Shown here: positions 38,246 to 50,915 of the stretch, piece after piece
How positions within the stretch are numbered: the first letter of the stretch is position 1
Layout of the letters: each line of letters begins with the position of its first letter
Assembly: GCA_902787955.1 (NCBI GenBank)
Contig: CADAIJ010000006.1
Coordinates: forward strand, 8,922 to 72,921
DNA length: 64,000 bases
Origin: an uncultured Erysipelotrichaceae bacterium
GTDB lineage: Bacteria > Bacillota_I > Bacilli_A > RFN20 > CAG-826
Direction: 5' to 3'
Translations under genes and position numbers: made by a program
Notes under the pieces: generated by a model
Database searches by the model: none
What the model was told of the DNA's origin: nothing
What the model saw: the letters and a program-made list of their open reading frames with translations, nothing else

Positions 38246-38854
38246 ATGAAACGTAAACATTTACTTCTCATTGGTATGACTTTAACGTCACTTCTTTTAA
38301 GTGGCTGTAAAGATGCTGATGGTAATCCTATCTCTCCATTTAAGACTGAAGACTTTACTGGTCGTATTTCTTTTAATGTCTGGGATTTTTTAGCAGTCTT
38401 CCTCGCGTTTATCGTTCTTCTACTAGTAGTGTTCTATTTTGGCTATAAGCCAATTAAGAAAGCAATTCAAGCCCGTAAGGACTATGTTGAAGGTAATATT
38501 AAAACTGCGGAAGAAAGAGAAGAAAAATCTCGTGGACTTGTTGAAGAAGCTAATCAAAAATTAGCAAAGTCTAAAAAAGAAGCTTTTGAAATTGTTGAAA
38601 AAGCTAAAGTCGATGCGAATAAGGAAAAAGAACAAATTATTGAAGAAGCCAAATTAGAGGCTAAAGAAGAAAAACAAAAAGCTCGTGAAGAGATTGCTCA
38701 AGAAATTGAAGCAAATAAAGAACAAATCCGTAAAGAAATCGTTGATGTTGCTTTAACTGCCTCAAGTGAATTACTTGGTCGTGAAGTTAATGACAAAGAT
38801 AACAAACGTTTACTTGATGATTTTGTTAATGACTTAGAAAAAGGAGATAAATAG
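38246..38854 (+). CDS. atpF: ATP synthase subunit b with lipoprotein-type N-extension
   Basis: LLLSGC lipobox, TM, YKPI....AR, coiled coil. Confidence 0.93.
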   Translation: MKRKHLLLIGMTLTSLLLSGCKDADGNPISPFKTEDFTGRISFNVWDFLAVFLAFIVLLLVVFYFGYKPIKKAIQARKDYVEGNIKTAEEREEKSRGLVEEANQKLAKSKKEAFEIVEKAKVDANKEKEQIIEEAKLEAKEEKQKAREEIAQEIEANKEQIRKEIVDVALTASSELLGREVNDKDNKRLLDDFVNDLEKGDK

Positions 38855-38858
38855 TTAA

Positions 38859-39401
38859 GTGGATTCACTTTATTCTAGATATGCTTCTGCCTTACTAAGC
38901 ATCGCTAAAGATGAAGGTAGAATTAAAGAATATAAAGACGCTTTACTTGAGGTCTTATCGTTTTTTAACGCTAATCTAGAAACAAAGAAATATTTAGAAT
39001 CTTACTTAATTCCAAATGATGCGAAATACGAAATTGCGGATAAGATTAGCGAACCATTTAAGCTTGCATATCTCGCCTCTTTTCTAAAAGTCTTAATCAA
39101 AAAGCATCGCTTCCATTCCTTTAAAGAAATCGTCTATGAATATATTAAAATCGCTAACGAAGAACTTGGAATTCTCGAAGGCTTTGTTTATAGCACGATT
39201 ACATTAACTAACGAAGAAGTGAAACGCATATCTAAATCGATTTCTAAAAATATTGGTCAACAAGTTGAACTTAAACCTCTTATTGATACTCGCCTTATCG
39301 GAGGAATTAAAGTTGTGGTTCGTGACCGTGTATTTGATGGATCTATTCTTGGAAAACTTAATTCCTTAAAAACAAATTTAACTGAAAGGAGCAAAGAATA
39401 A
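38859..39401 (+). CDS. atpH: ATP synthase subunit delta
   Basis: RYASAL, LIGGI...DGS. Confidence 0.93.
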   Translation: MDSLYSRYASALLSIAKDEGRIKEYKDALLEVLSFFNANLETKKYLESYLIPNDAKYEIADKISEPFKLAYLASFLKVLIKKHRFHSFKEIVYEYIKIANEELGILEGFVYSTITLTNEEVKRISKSISKNIGQQVELKPLIDTRLIGGIKVVVRDRVFDGSILGKLNSLKTNLTERSKE

Positions 39402-40912
39402 TGAAGATTAATTCCTCGGAAATTTCTGCGCTTATTAAAAAGCAAATTGAAGGGTTTGAACATAAAGTCGAATCTGATGATGTCGGTACAGTTGTAACCA
39501 TCGGTGATGGTGTTGCCTTAGTTTATGGTCTTGATAAAGCAATGCTAGGTGAACTAGTCTTATTTCCTAATGACATCTATGGCATGGTCATGAATCTTGA
39601 AGAAGAAAATGTTGGCTGTGTCCTTTTAGGAAATGATACCGAAATTAAAGAAGGCGATATGGTTAAAAGAACCCACCAAGTCGTTGAAGTACCTGTTGGA
39701 GACGAAATGCTTGGTAGAGTAGTTAATGCTTTAGGACAACCTTTAGATGGCTTAGGCGATATTAAAACAACTAAACGTCGTCCTGTAGAAAGAATTGCTC
39801 CTGGAGTCATGTATCGTAAATCGGTTGATACTCCACTTCAAACCGGAATTAAAGCAATTGATGCGATGATTCCAATTGGTAGAGGTCAAAGAGAATTAAT
39901 TATTGGTGACCGTCAAACTGGTAAAACTGCGATCGCAATTGACACTATCATTAACCAAAAAGGCAAAAATGTTATTTGTGTTTATGTTGCGATTGGTCAA
40001 AAGAATTCAACAGTTGCATCAATTGTTGATAAATTAAAAAAATCTGGTGCAATGGATTATTCTGTTGTCGTTAGCGCAACCGCTAGTGAACTTGCTCCAC
40101 TTCTTTATATCGCTCCATATTCAGGTATGGCAATTGCGGAAGAATGGTTAGAGCAAGGAAAAGATGTCCTTATCATCTTTGATGATTTATCTAAACATGC
40201 TGTTGCATATCGTACTTTATCACTATTACTTAAAAGACCAAGTGGACGTGAAGCTTACCCAGGTGATGTCTTCTATCTCCATTCCCGTTTACTTGAAAGA
40301 GCTTGTAAGTTAGATCCTAAATATGGTGGTGGTTCAATTACCGCATTACCAATTATTGAAACCCAAGCTGGTGATATTAGTGCCTATATTCCAACCAATG
40401 TTATTTCTATTACAGATGGACAAATCTTCTTAATCACAGATTTATTCAATGCAGGTCAAAGACCTGCGGTTGATTCAGGTTTATCTGTAAGTCGTGTTGG
40501 TGGTGCCGCTCAAACTAAGGCGATGAAACAAGTTGCTTCTTCATTAAAGATTGAACTTGCCAGTTATCGTGAACTTTTAGCGTTCTCTCAATTCGGTAGT
40601 GATCTTGATGATGATACTAAACGTGTCTTAGCTCATGGTGCAGTATTAATGGAAGTCTTAAAACAAGATCAATACGATACTTATTCTCTTGATAGAGAAA
40701 TTATTGAACTCTATACTGCTAAAAACCGCTACTTAGAAAATATTGCTATTAAGGATATTAAACCTAACCTCAATCGTTTATACGAAAATATTAAATCATC
40801 TCACCCAGAATTAATTGAAACAATTCTTCTTGAAAAGAAACTTTCTGAAGAAACTGAAAAACAATTATCTTCCTATATTGAAGATTACTTTAAAGTCATT
40901 AAGGAGTTCTAA
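39401..40912 (+). CDS. atpA: ATP synthase subunit alpha
   Basis: [27 protein letters not shown]. Confidence 0.98.
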   Translation: MKINSSEISALIKKQIEGFEHKVESDDVGTVVTIGDGVALVYGLDKAMLGELVLFPNDIYGMVMNLEEENVGCVLLGNDTEIKEGDMVKRTHQVVEVPVGDEMLGRVVNALGQPLDGLGDIKTTKRRPVERIAPGVMYRKSVDTPLQTGIKAIDAMIPIGRGQRELIIGDRQTGKTAIAIDTIINQKGKNVICVYVAIGQKNSTVASIVDKLKKSGAMDYSVVVSATASELAPLLYIAPYSGMAIAEEWLEQGKDVLIIFDDLSKHAVAYRTLSLLLKRPSGREAYPGDVFYLHSRLLERACKLDPKYGGGSITALPIIETQAGDISAYIPTNVISITDGQIFLITDLFNAGQRPAVDSGLSVSRVGGAAQTKAMKQVASSLKIELASYRELLAFSQFGSDLDDDTKRVLAHGAVLMEVLKQDQYDTYSLDREIIELYTAKNRYLENIAIKDIKPNLNRLYENIKSSHPELIETILLEKKLSEETEKQLSSYIEDYFKVIKEF

Positions 40913-40918
40913 TAATTA

Positions 40919-41776
40919 ATGTCTGCTAATTTAACAAAGACAAAGCGTAGAATTTCATCGATCAATAGCACGAAGAAAATTACAAACGCGATGGAACTAG
41001 TCGCCACTGTAAAACTAAAACGCTACAAAGATACGATGTTTGAAAATTCTAATTATGTTAATGAAATAGTTAATCTAATTCATAAGCTTTCGTATTACAA
41101 ATCTAGCGACAAATTATCTTCATTTGAACTTCCAAATAACGCGACTAAAGACCTATATATTGTCATTAATTCCAATCTTGGATTATGTGCTTCATACAAT
41201 AACGATATTTATAAATTCGTTGAGAAAAATATTGATAAAAACACTGCAGAAGTCCTTCCGATTGGGTTAAAAGGCGATCAATATTATAAAAAACAAGGGT
41301 ATGTAATTGATGAATCATTTTACGATTTAAATGAGAAAATTGATTACCTTAAAGTAATTAAGTTATCCCGCTACATTGAATCATTATTCTTAAGCGCTAA
41401 ATATCGTAACATCTATTTAATTTATACCCGTTATATTAACTCCATTAAATTCGTTCCAGATATGATTAAAATCTATCCACTCGAATCCGATAATGAAGTT
41501 AAGCGTGAAGATAGATTAGAATATCCACCAATCTTTGATCCTGATGTTGATACATTATTTGATGAATTAATTCCAATCTACACTTCTTCACTTTTATATC
41601 AAAAAATCGTTGAGTCTCAAGTTAGTGAACAAGCTAGTCGTAGAACCGCGATGGAAAATGCGACTGATAACGCTGATGAGCTCATTGAAAAACTTACTCT
41701 TGAATACAATAAAGCTAGACAAGCAGCCATCACTCAAGAAATTACCGAGGTTGTTTCTTCTAGCTTAGATAAATAG
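40919..41776 (+). CDS. atpG: ATP synthase subunit gamma
   Basis: KITNAMELVA, YNKARQAAITQEITE. Confidence 0.97.
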   Translation: MSANLTKTKRRISSINSTKKITNAMELVATVKLKRYKDTMFENSNYVNEIVNLIHKLSYYKSSDKLSSFELPNNATKDLYIVINSNLGLCASYNNDIYKFVEKNIDKNTAEVLPIGLKGDQYYKKQGYVIDESFYDLNEKIDYLKVIKLSRYIESLFLSAKYRNIYLIYTRYINSIKFVPDMIKIYPLESDNEVKREDRLEYPPIFDPDVDTLFDELIPIYTSSLLYQKIVESQVSEQASRRTAMENATDNADELIEKLTLEYNKARQAAITQEITEVVSSSLDK

Positions 41777-43188
<1,412 letters not shown>

Positions 43189-43189
<1 letters not shown>

Positions 43190-43584
43190 TGTTTAAGTTA
43201 AAGATTATTACTCCGAAAGGTGTCTATCTTGATAAAGAGATAGAATCTTTAACTATAAAGTTAACTACTGGATACCGCACTATTTTAAGTGGCCACGCTC
43301 CATTAATTGGTTCAGTTGATTATGGCCCAATGCATTTAATAATTAACGGCGAAACAAAATATTATGCCGTTATGGGTGGCGCACTTAGTATTGATGAAAG
43401 TGGTTCAGTTTCTTTAATCATTAATGGGATAAACACTAAAGAAGAAATCGATTTAGAAAGAGCTCTTCAATCTAAAGAAAGAGCAGAACATCGTCTTAAA
43501 GAAAAAGATGATAACATCGATCTTAGAAGAGCAGAATTATCACTTAAAAGAGCTATCTCTAGAATTGATACTTATAATTCCTAA
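43189..43584 (+). CDS. atpC: ATP synthase subunit epsilon
   Basis: IITP.G, ILSGHAP, EIDLERA. Confidence 0.94.
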
Positions 43585-43598
43585 AATTATCAAATTTC

Positions 43599-44423
43599 CT
43601 ATAACAAGTCGGCTAAAAACGCATGTATATCGCCGGCTTGTTTTTCATGTGCCATCACATTTACTAACTCTTGATTCTTATAATGGCCAGCCATAAAAGA
43701 AATAGGAGGAAAATCGCCAAATCCAAACTTATCATAAAATGCTTTTGCATCAGCTTCACTAAATCTATCAATATCTACTAATGCAAATACTTTATTTGTG
43801 CGATTAATTAAATTTCTTACTTCGTTTTTAAAAACTGAAACACTAAAAGAGTTTGTGCGTTTGTGAGCGTAAAACACTAGTTCGTCATTTTTTTCGATGA
43901 ATTTATTAAACGTGTCCAAAGTGGAAATGTTATAAACATTTGTTTCATAAACATATTCTTTCATCGCGTTTGTAAACATTGCGGTGGTTTCGTATCTAGT
44001 GTTCTTGACAAATTGACATGCTTTTTTTGCGCTGAAAACATAAACTTGAGGAGTAACAATAGATCCTCCAGGGAAAAAGAAATCACTATATGCTTTTCCA
44101 AGTTTTTGTAAATCTTCAGGGCTTGTTGATATGTCAAATCGATAAATAAGTTGTTTTGTATCTTTAATGTAACTTGTAATTTTGTCTTTAAAGTCAGTGC
44201 AAGAAGCACAATTCTTATTTGTAATATAAAAAGTAAATGTTTCTTCCGCTTTTATTAAACTATCAATTAAATAAAAGTTTGCATCAACAAAAGCAGTTTC
44301 GTAAGTTAAATTATCCTCATACATGATTTCACCATTTCGGTATGATTCAGTATCTCCTTTAAATGAACAAGAACTAAGGAGTAGAGGGATTATAGATAAT
44401 AAAGTAAAAACCTTTGTTTTCAT
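43599..44423 (-). CDS. Lipoprotein with thioredoxin-like CxxC
   Basis: LLSSC lipobox, CASC, TPQV. Confidence 0.7.
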   Translation of the reverse strand: MKTKVFTLLSIIPLLLSSCSFKGDTESYRNGEIMYEDNLTYETAFVDANFYLIDSLIKAEETFTFYITNKNCASCTDFKDKITSYIKDTKQLIYRFDISTSPEDLQKLGKAYSDFFFPGGSIVTPQVYVFSAKKACQFVKNTRYETTAMFTNAMKEYVYETNVYNISTLDTFNKFIEKNDELVFYAHKRTNSFSVSVFKNEVRNLINRTNKVFALVDIDRFSEADAKAFYDKFGFGDFPPISFMAGHYKNQELVNVMAHEKQAGDIHAFLADLL

Positions 44424-44506
44424 AATTCTTTAATATAATAACAAATATTTATCATTATTAAATAAATAAGTATTCTTGTATAATAAACTAGTTAGGAGAA
44501 AAACAT

Positions 44507-45040
44507 ATGAACATTTGGCATAGAGCAGATCCAAGAAGAATTACCCCTGAGAGCTTTTTAGCATGTATTGAAATCTCTAAAGGCAGTAAAAACAAATACG
44601 AATTAGAAAAATATTCCGGTGGTCTTATTTTAGACCGTATTTTATATACCGCGACCCATTATCCACAAAACTACGGATTTATTCCTAGAACATACGCTGG
44701 CGATGGAGACCCACTTGATGTCTTAGTCATCTGTTCTGAACCAATCGTTCCACTCGCATTAGTGGATTGTTATCCAATTGGTATGCTTGAAATGACTGAC
44801 CAAGGTCAAGTTGATACCAAAATCATTGCAATCGCTAAAAACGATCCTGTTTTCAATTCCTTTGTCGATATTAAACAAGTACCAGACCATATTCTTCAAG
44901 AAATTAGACACTTCTTTATTGTATATAAAGAACTTGAAGGAAAACAAACATACGTTGAAAAATTCCATGGTAAGGAAATGGCCATTAAAGTTATCGCCGC
45001 ATGCATTAAGAAATATGGCGAAGTATTTCCAGATAAATAA
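44507..45040 (+). CDS. ppa: Inorganic pyrophosphatase, family I
   Basis: YPQNYGFIP, DGDPLD. Confidence 0.95.
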   Translation: MNIWHRADPRRITPESFLACIEISKGSKNKYELEKYSGGLILDRILYTATHYPQNYGFIPRTYAGDGDPLDVLVICSEPIVPLALVDCYPIGMLEMTDQGQVDTKIIAIAKNDPVFNSFVDIKQVPDHILQEIRHFFIVYKELEGKQTYVEKFHGKEMAIKVIAACIKKYGEVFPDK

Positions 45041-45669
45041 TGGAAAGATATAAATTATATTTATTTGATTTTGATGGAACTTTAGCTGATTCTTTTGAAG
45101 CTTTAGCTATGGTTTTTAGACGCTCATTTGAAGCAGTAGGAATCAAAATTAAAGATGAAGATGTTAGTTGGTTATCTCGTGTTCCTTTAGATGAAAGTTA
45201 CGCTAAACTTGGCGCTCCAGAAGATAAAGCCGACTTATTTATTGAAAAGATTAAGTATTATCTTCACTCCGAAGAATCGGTTAAATTAACTAAATTCTTT
45301 CCAGACGCTTTAGACTTTTTTGAAAGAGCTACAAAAGAAGGGATTAAGATGGGCGTTGTCACTTCAAATGAAAAGCGTCATGTATATGATGTTTTAGAAA
45401 ACGCTGGACTTCCTATAGATATTTTCGATGTTATAGTAGGTTCAGATGAGTGTTTAGAATTTAAACCAAAACCAGATTCAGTCCTTATGGCGTTAGATAA
45501 ACTAGACTATAAAGGATCACTTGATGATGTAGTCTACGTTGGGGATAGTCATAATGATTATCAATGCGCGATTAACGCTAAAGTAAACCCAATTCTTATT
45601 GTTAGAGATGGACGAGACACAACCGGATTTAATACTATTTATAAATTAACTGAATTATTAGATTTTTAA
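45040..45669 (+). CDS. HAD-family phosphatase
   Basis: FDFDGTL, KPKP, VGDS..D. Confidence 0.9.
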   Translation: MERYKLYLFDFDGTLADSFEALAMVFRRSFEAVGIKIKDEDVSWLSRVPLDESYAKLGAPEDKADLFIEKIKYYLHSEESVKLTKFFPDALDFFERATKEGIKMGVVTSNEKRHVYDVLENAGLPIDIFDVIVGSDECLEFKPKPDSVLMALDKLDYKGSLDDVVYVGDSHNDYQCAINAKVNPILIVRDGRDTTGFNTIYKLTELLDF

Positions 45670-45671
45670 TT

Positions 45672-46172
45672 ATGTTACACATTATTCTTTATCAACCTGA
45701 AATTCCACAAAATACCGGTAATATTTTAAGAACCGCGATGGCAACAAATTCTATGGTTCATATTATTGGACCATTAACTTTTTCTTTAGATGATAAATCT
45801 TTAAAAAGAGCAGGAATGGATTATATTAAAGATGCTAATTTTGTAATTTATAAAGATTATGAAGAATTTCATAAGAAATTCAAAGATACAAAAATCTACT
45901 ATATTACAAAATATGGTTCACATGTTTATTCCACGATTGATTTCTCTGATCCTATCGAAGACGTTTATGTAATGTTTGGAAGAGAATCGACTGGAATTGA
46001 TAAAAAGATTCTAAGTGAACATAAAGACTATACACTTCGTATTCCAATGTTATCTACTGCCCGTAGTTTAAATTTATCTAACTCAGTTGCAATAGTGGCC
46101 TACGAAATATTAAGGCAAAAGAAATTTGTGGGTTTAGCCACTCACGATATGATTAAAAAATATGAAATCTAG
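45672..46172 (+). CDS. trmL: tRNA (C/U34) 2'-O-methyltransferase
   Basis: PEIPQNTGNI, RAGMDY, FGRES.G, RSLNLSNS. Confidence 0.93.
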   Translation: MLHIILYQPEIPQNTGNILRTAMATNSMVHIIGPLTFSLDDKSLKRAGMDYIKDANFVIYKDYEEFHKKFKDTKIYYITKYGSHVYSTIDFSDPIEDVYVMFGRESTGIDKKILSEHKDYTLRIPMLSTARSLNLSNSVAIVAYEILRQKKFVGLATHDMIKKYEI

Positions 46173-47530
46173 TCGTCACATCTGACGGCTTTTTCATATA
46201 GTTCGTAACTTCTATCTTCAATATTATTAATTTTGATAACAGTGTAATTCTTTAAAATTGCCTCGCCAGTTGTGCGACCTTTTCTAACATTCTTTTTAAT
46301 AGCAACAGTTACATTTCCAACTTGGCTTTTCGAAGCAATTAAGGCGATTTGTGCAGCGAAATCTATCTCTTTTGAGCTAGGTTTTCTTTTAGCGATTATG
46401 ACGTGACCACCTGGTTTATCTTTAACATGAAGCCATACATATTCTCTATCGAATTTCTTATTAAATGAAAGGTAATCATTTTGTTGAGCGTTCTTTCCGA
46501 AATAATAAAAGACACCATCTTTATTAATTTTATAAGGCATATTAAATGCGCTAACTTGTGTTGGGTGAGATGATTTCATAAGACCACTTTCGAAAACGAT
46601 TTTATCTTTTTCTTTTTCACTACTAGCATTTTCAAAATTCTCTAAAAGAGATTTGTAGTAATTTAATTCAATTTGGTAACGTTCTTCGTTCTCTTTTGCA
46701 ATTTCAACAGTTCGTTTCCCCTTTTTATAAAGATTAATGAATGAATCGATATTTTCTTTGATTGTTAAGGACTTATCTAAAACAATAGTTTGTCCTTCAT
46801 ATTCGACATAGTCTTTATGACTTTTAAGATCTAAATTTAGGGAATATAGAATATTAACTGTGTCCATTAATTGAAGATTAGCTTTCCCTTTTTCTAAATC
46901 AGCATCAATTAATTTCTTTTTTCTTAAGATTCTTTCATATCGGCGATTAGCTAAAGTATAGAAGTAAGAATATTTTTGTTTAATCCTTCTATCTTTTTCA
47001 TCTTTATATAGTTTTTCTAATGTTTCTTCACTATATATTTCACCTTTAGTTTGGAATTCTTTAGAAGTAACGAAATTATTCAAAAAACATATAGGAAGTC
47101 CATTATCTTTAGTTAAATTAAACGCAGTTACAACGTTATCTTTCTCATCTAAAACATAAAGATTTGGTCTTAAAGGGAATATCTCGATATATATCTTTTT
47201 CGAGTTATTGTTATCCAAATCAAATGATTCGATTAATAAAGTAAAATCATTATTGAGATTTTCGATTTTCTTTATTTCATTTTTGCCTAAATACTTTCTT
47301 AATCTTTTAAGCGAATCATTATCGAATGAATCTAGTTTTGGAAGGTTTGGAAGCAATCCTACGAAAGGATTTTGATGATTTAAAGAAACGATTAAAGAAC
47401 TATGTGTATCTCTAATTGGGAATACAATAGTTTCATTATTTAAAAGAAATGGCACTAAAAGAACCTTACCAACCAGTTCGTTTTTAAGGTCTTTTATATA
47501 TTGTTCATAGCTCTTAAATTCGAATCGCAT
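46169..47530 (-). CDS. NFACT/Rqc2 (FbpA-like) family protein
   Basis: GKNAQQNDYL, WLHVKD.PG.HV; start moved to MRFEF. Confidence 0.8.
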   Translation of the reverse strand: MRFEFKSYEQYIKDLKNELVGKVLLVPFLLNNETIVFPIRDTHSSLIVSLNHQNPFVGLLPNLPKLDSFDNDSLKRLRKYLGKNEIKKIENLNNDFTLLIESFDLDNNNSKKIYIEIFPLRPNLYVLDEKDNVVTAFNLTKDNGLPICFLNNFVTSKEFQTKGEIYSEETLEKLYKDEKDRRIKQKYSYFYTLANRRYERILRKKKLIDADLEKGKANLQLMDTVNILYSLNLDLKSHKDYVEYEGQTIVLDKSLTIKENIDSFINLYKKGKRTVEIAKENEERYQIELNYYKSLLENFENASSEKEKDKIVFESGLMKSSHPTQVSAFNMPYKINKDGVFYYFGKNAQQNDYLSFNKKFDREYVWLHVKDKPGGHVIIAKRKPSSKEIDFAAQIALIASKSQVGNVTVAIKKNVRKGRTTGEAILKNYTVIKINNIEDRSYELYEKAVRCDD

Positions 47531-47593
47531 ATTTAAATTATAAAAGTTGTTATTCAAATTGATAATTAAAATGTCTTTTATTATAATAAACGC

Positions 47594-48187
47594 ATGGAAA
47601 ATAAAAAACGCGGTCTACTCATCATAATGTCTGGCCCAAGTGGTGTTGGAAAAGGCACTGTTACTAAAGAAGTGATGAAAGATAAGTCACTCAATCTTTT
47701 TTATAGTGTTTCCATGACAACTCGTCCACAAAGACCTGGCGAAGAAAACGGTCGCGAATATTATTTTGTAAGTAAAGAAGAGTTCCAAAGAAATATCGAT
47801 AATAACAACCTTCTAGAATGGGCTGAATTTGTCGGCAATAGATATGGTACTCCTAAAGATAAAGTTGAAGAGATGAGAGATAAAGGCTTTAACGTCTATC
47901 TTGAAATCGAAGTCAATGGCACAACCCAAGTCTTAAAACAATATAGTGGAAATGATATTGTTTCCATCTTCTTAATTCCACCTTCTTTAGAAGAACTCGA
48001 GAAGAGAATCCGTGGAAGATCTACTGAAAGTGAAGAAGTTATTAAGGAAAGACTTGAAAAAGCTAGAAGAGAATTAGGATTAAAATTTAACTACGAATAC
48101 ATTGTTTTAAATGACGAAATTGAACGTGCTGCTGAAGAAATTAAAAGCATCATCCGTTCTAAAATGAATTCAACAATAACCAAATAG
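47594..48187 (+). CDS. gmk: Guanylate kinase
   Basis: GPSGVGKGT, SMTTR..RPGE, YGTP. Confidence 0.96.
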   Translation: MENKKRGLLIIMSGPSGVGKGTVTKEVMKDKSLNLFYSVSMTTRPQRPGEENGREYYFVSKEEFQRNIDNNNLLEWAEFVGNRYGTPKDKVEEMRDKGFNVYLEIEVNGTTQVLKQYSGNDIVSIFLIPPSLEELEKRIRGRSTESEEVIKERLEKARRELGLKFNYEYIVLNDEIERAAEEIKSIIRSKMNSTITK

Positions 48188-48206
48188 TTTTAAGGTGGTT
48201 TATTGA

Positions 48207-50402
48207 ATGAGACTACTTCAAGTCTTGATTGAAAGAAAGGCCCAGTCTCTCAATAGACTTTTTTCTTATTATTACGAAGGAAATAAACCAGTTGATAAAG
48301 GATTTCGTGTACTAGTTTCTTTTGCTCATAAAGAAGTAGTGGCCTATGTCAAAAACGTTGAAACAATTAATAAAACTATTGATGAAATAGAAAAAGAATC
48401 AGGCTTTAAAATATCCTCAATTATTGATGTTATTGATGAAAAACCTTTATTAAATGAAGAATTAATGGAACTCGCTACAAAGGTATCAGATTACTATCTT
48501 GCACCTGAAATTAGTGTGCTTCAAGCAATGCTTCCAACTTCACTTAAACCCGCAAGAAGTGCCCTCAATGGTCCTAAAATTGCATATGATAAATATGTTC
48601 ATGTTATTGATGATAATGAAGATGGCTTAACTCCGAAACAAGTTGAATTATTACGATTAATCAAAGAAAACATCAAAGTTCTTAAAACTGAAATTAAATC
48701 TCAATCAGTCCTCGATAAATTAATTAAAGCTGGAAAAGTAAATATCGTTTTAGTGGAAAAACAGAGACTTAATCTTTCGCCTCTTTTTAAAGATGAGAAG
48801 AAAGTTTTAACTGAAGAACAAATTAACGCAATTGAATCAGTTAAAAATACAGATAGAACCGTTACTTTAATCGAAGGAGTTACTGGTTCAGGTAAGACTG
48901 AAGTATATCTTTCTTTAGCGGATTATTATCTAAAACAAAATAAGAACGTTTTAATTTTAGTTCCTGAAATTGCTTTAACACCTGTCATGATGTCTTATTT
49001 CATTTCTAAATTTAAAGATAAGATCGCTATTTTGCATAGTGAACTTACAAATGCCGAAAAATATGATGAATATCGTCGTATTGCTAATTGCAAGTGCAAT
49101 ATTGTTGTCGGAACTAGAAGTGCTATATTTGCACCTCTAACTAATATTGGTTTAATCGTTTTAGACGAGGAGCATGTTGAATCATATAAGCAAGATTCTC
49201 TTCCATATTATCACGCTAAAGATGTGGCAATTATGAGAGCGGAATATTATGGTGCTAAAGTTGTTTTAGGAAGTGCCACTCCTTCTTTAGAAAGTAGAGC
49301 AAGAGCGATGAAGGGAAATTATAATTTTGTTCTTATGAATAAACGAATAAACCAGCAAGAACTCCCTCAAACTAGAATAATTGACCTTTCTAAACCATAT
49401 AATTTAACTCGTGAATCTTTCATTTTTTCAAAGCAACTTATTGAAGAGCTTAAGAATGTTTTAATACGCAAAGAACAAGCTATTTTGCTTATTAATAGAC
49501 GAGGCTTTTCCGGAAATATAACCTGCCGTAACTGTGGACATTATTTTGTATGTCCTGATTGTAATATTCCTCTTACTTATCATAAAAAAGACAATATGCT
49601 TAAGTGCCATCACTGTGGTCATGTTGAGTTCTTTGAAGAGTTTTGTCCAGAATGCGGATCTCATTATTTTTCTAAAAGTGGATTTGGAACAGAAAGAATT
49701 TGTGAAGAAGTAACTAAACTTTTTCCAAATGCTAGAGTGTGTCGACTTGATTCTGATGTTGGTGAAGTTAGAAATAATATCGCTAAAACAATCAAAGCGT
49801 TTTTAAACCAAGAATATGATGTTTTAGTCGGAACTCAGATGATCGCTAAAGGCCATGATTTCCCAAATGTTACATTAGTTGGAGCAGTTTTAGCAGATAT
49901 TGGTCTATCAATGCCAACTTATCGTGCTAGTGAAATTACATTTGAATTAATTACTCAGGCTGTTGGAAGAAGTGGCCGTTCAAATAAAGTGGGGCAAGCA
50001 ATTATTCAAACATTTAATCCAATGCACTATGCTGTCATCTTAGCATCCCATCAAGATTATGAAGGTTTCTTTAAAAAAGAAATGGGTATTAGAAAAGTCC
50101 AACAATATCCACCTTTTACATATTTAGCAACTCTCGAATTAAACGGAAAAGATGAAGAATATGTCACCCAAACAATTACAAAAATTAAGGATGATATGAA
50201 TGATAAACTAGCCCCAGATGTTCAAGTTTTAGGGCCTGTTAAACCATACATTGAAAAAGAAAATGACAATTTTAGAAGAGTTATATTAGTAAAATATAAA
50301 AATAGTGATAAAATAAAGCCATATTTATCCGAGATTTTAGATTCTTTGAAACTAAATTCTCGTTTGAATATAAAAATCAATATTAACCCATACAACTTCT
50401 AG
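48207..50402 (+). CDS. priA: Primosomal protein N'
   Basis: GVTGSGKTEVY, DEEH, Cys-rich region, GTQMIAKGHDF. Confidence 0.96.
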   Translation: MRLLQVLIERKAQSLNRLFSYYYEGNKPVDKGFRVLVSFAHKEVVAYVKNVETINKTIDEIEKESGFKISSIIDVIDEKPLLNEELMELATKVSDYYLAPEISVLQAMLPTSLKPARSALNGPKIAYDKYVHVIDDNEDGLTPKQVELLRLIKENIKVLKTEIKSQSVLDKLIKAGKVNIVLVEKQRLNLSPLFKDEKKVLTEEQINAIESVKNTDRTVTLIEGVTGSGKTEVYLSLADYYLKQNKNVLILVPEIALTPVMMSYFISKFKDKIAILHSELTNAEKYDEYRRIANCKCNIVVGTRSAIFAPLTNIGLIVLDEEHVESYKQDSLPYYHAKDVAIMRAEYYGAKVVLGSATPSLESRARAMKGNYNFVLMNKRINQQELPQTRIIDLSKPYNLTRESFIFSKQLIEELKNVLIRKEQAILLINRRGFSGNITCRNCGHYFVCPDCNIPLTYHKKDNMLKCHHCGHVEFFEEFCPECGSHYFSKSGFGTERICEEVTKLFPNARVCRLDSDVGEVRNNIAKTIKAFLNQEYDVLVGTQMIAKGHDFPNVTLVGAVLADIGLSMPTYRASEITFELITQAVGRSGRSNKVGQAIIQTFNPMHYAVILASHQDYEGFFKKEMGIRKVQQYPPFTYLATLELNGKDEEYVTQTITKIKDDMNDKLAPDVQVLGPVKPYIEKENDNFRRVILVKYKNSDKIKPYLSEILDSLKLNSRLNIKININPYNF

Positions 50403-50416
50403 GAGGATTTAATCAA

Positions 50417-50914
50417 ATGATTATTATTTCCATCAGCGGTCTTGATCCATATGTTACCGCTCATTATTCAAGGGATCACACAGCTAACTTAGCTAATCTA
50501 TTCGAAGTCGAAGAAACTGAAATAGCCTTCGAGGCAACATCAAATGTGATGGTTTATAAAGGTGTTGAACAACTTTCTTGGAACGCATTAGTTAGAGTGT
50601 ACGCTCCTCATAAATATGAAGTCCTAGAGAAAATGGTCGCTCAATACTTATCTCAAACTTTAAAAGATTTTTCAATTCATGTTATCGTGGAATTCCATTA
50701 TATTCATGATCATTCTCAACATTTATCATTTAATGATAGCTATCCTCGTTACATTGACGAAAAACATATCGACTTTACTCAAGAAGAGTTTGAAGAAGAC
50801 GAAGATGAAGATGCAGGATATAACGAAAATATTTACGATGGTAACATTTTTGAAGGTTTTGAAGAAAAACTTGATGAAGTCTATGATCGCTTAGAAAAGG
50901 AAGCAAAGAAATAA
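50417..50914 (+). CDS. Hypothetical protein with acidic C-terminal tail
   Basis: AGGAGG RBS, 165 aa, within the operon. Confidence 0.7.
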   Translation: MIIISISGLDPYVTAHYSRDHTANLANLFEVEETEIAFEATSNVMVYKGVEQLSWNALVRVYAPHKYEVLEKMVAQYLSQTLKDFSIHVIVEFHYIHDHSQHLSFNDSYPRYIDEKHIDFTQEEFEEDEDEDAGYNENIYDGNIFEGFEEKLDEVYDRLEKEAKK

Positions 50915-50915
50915 T

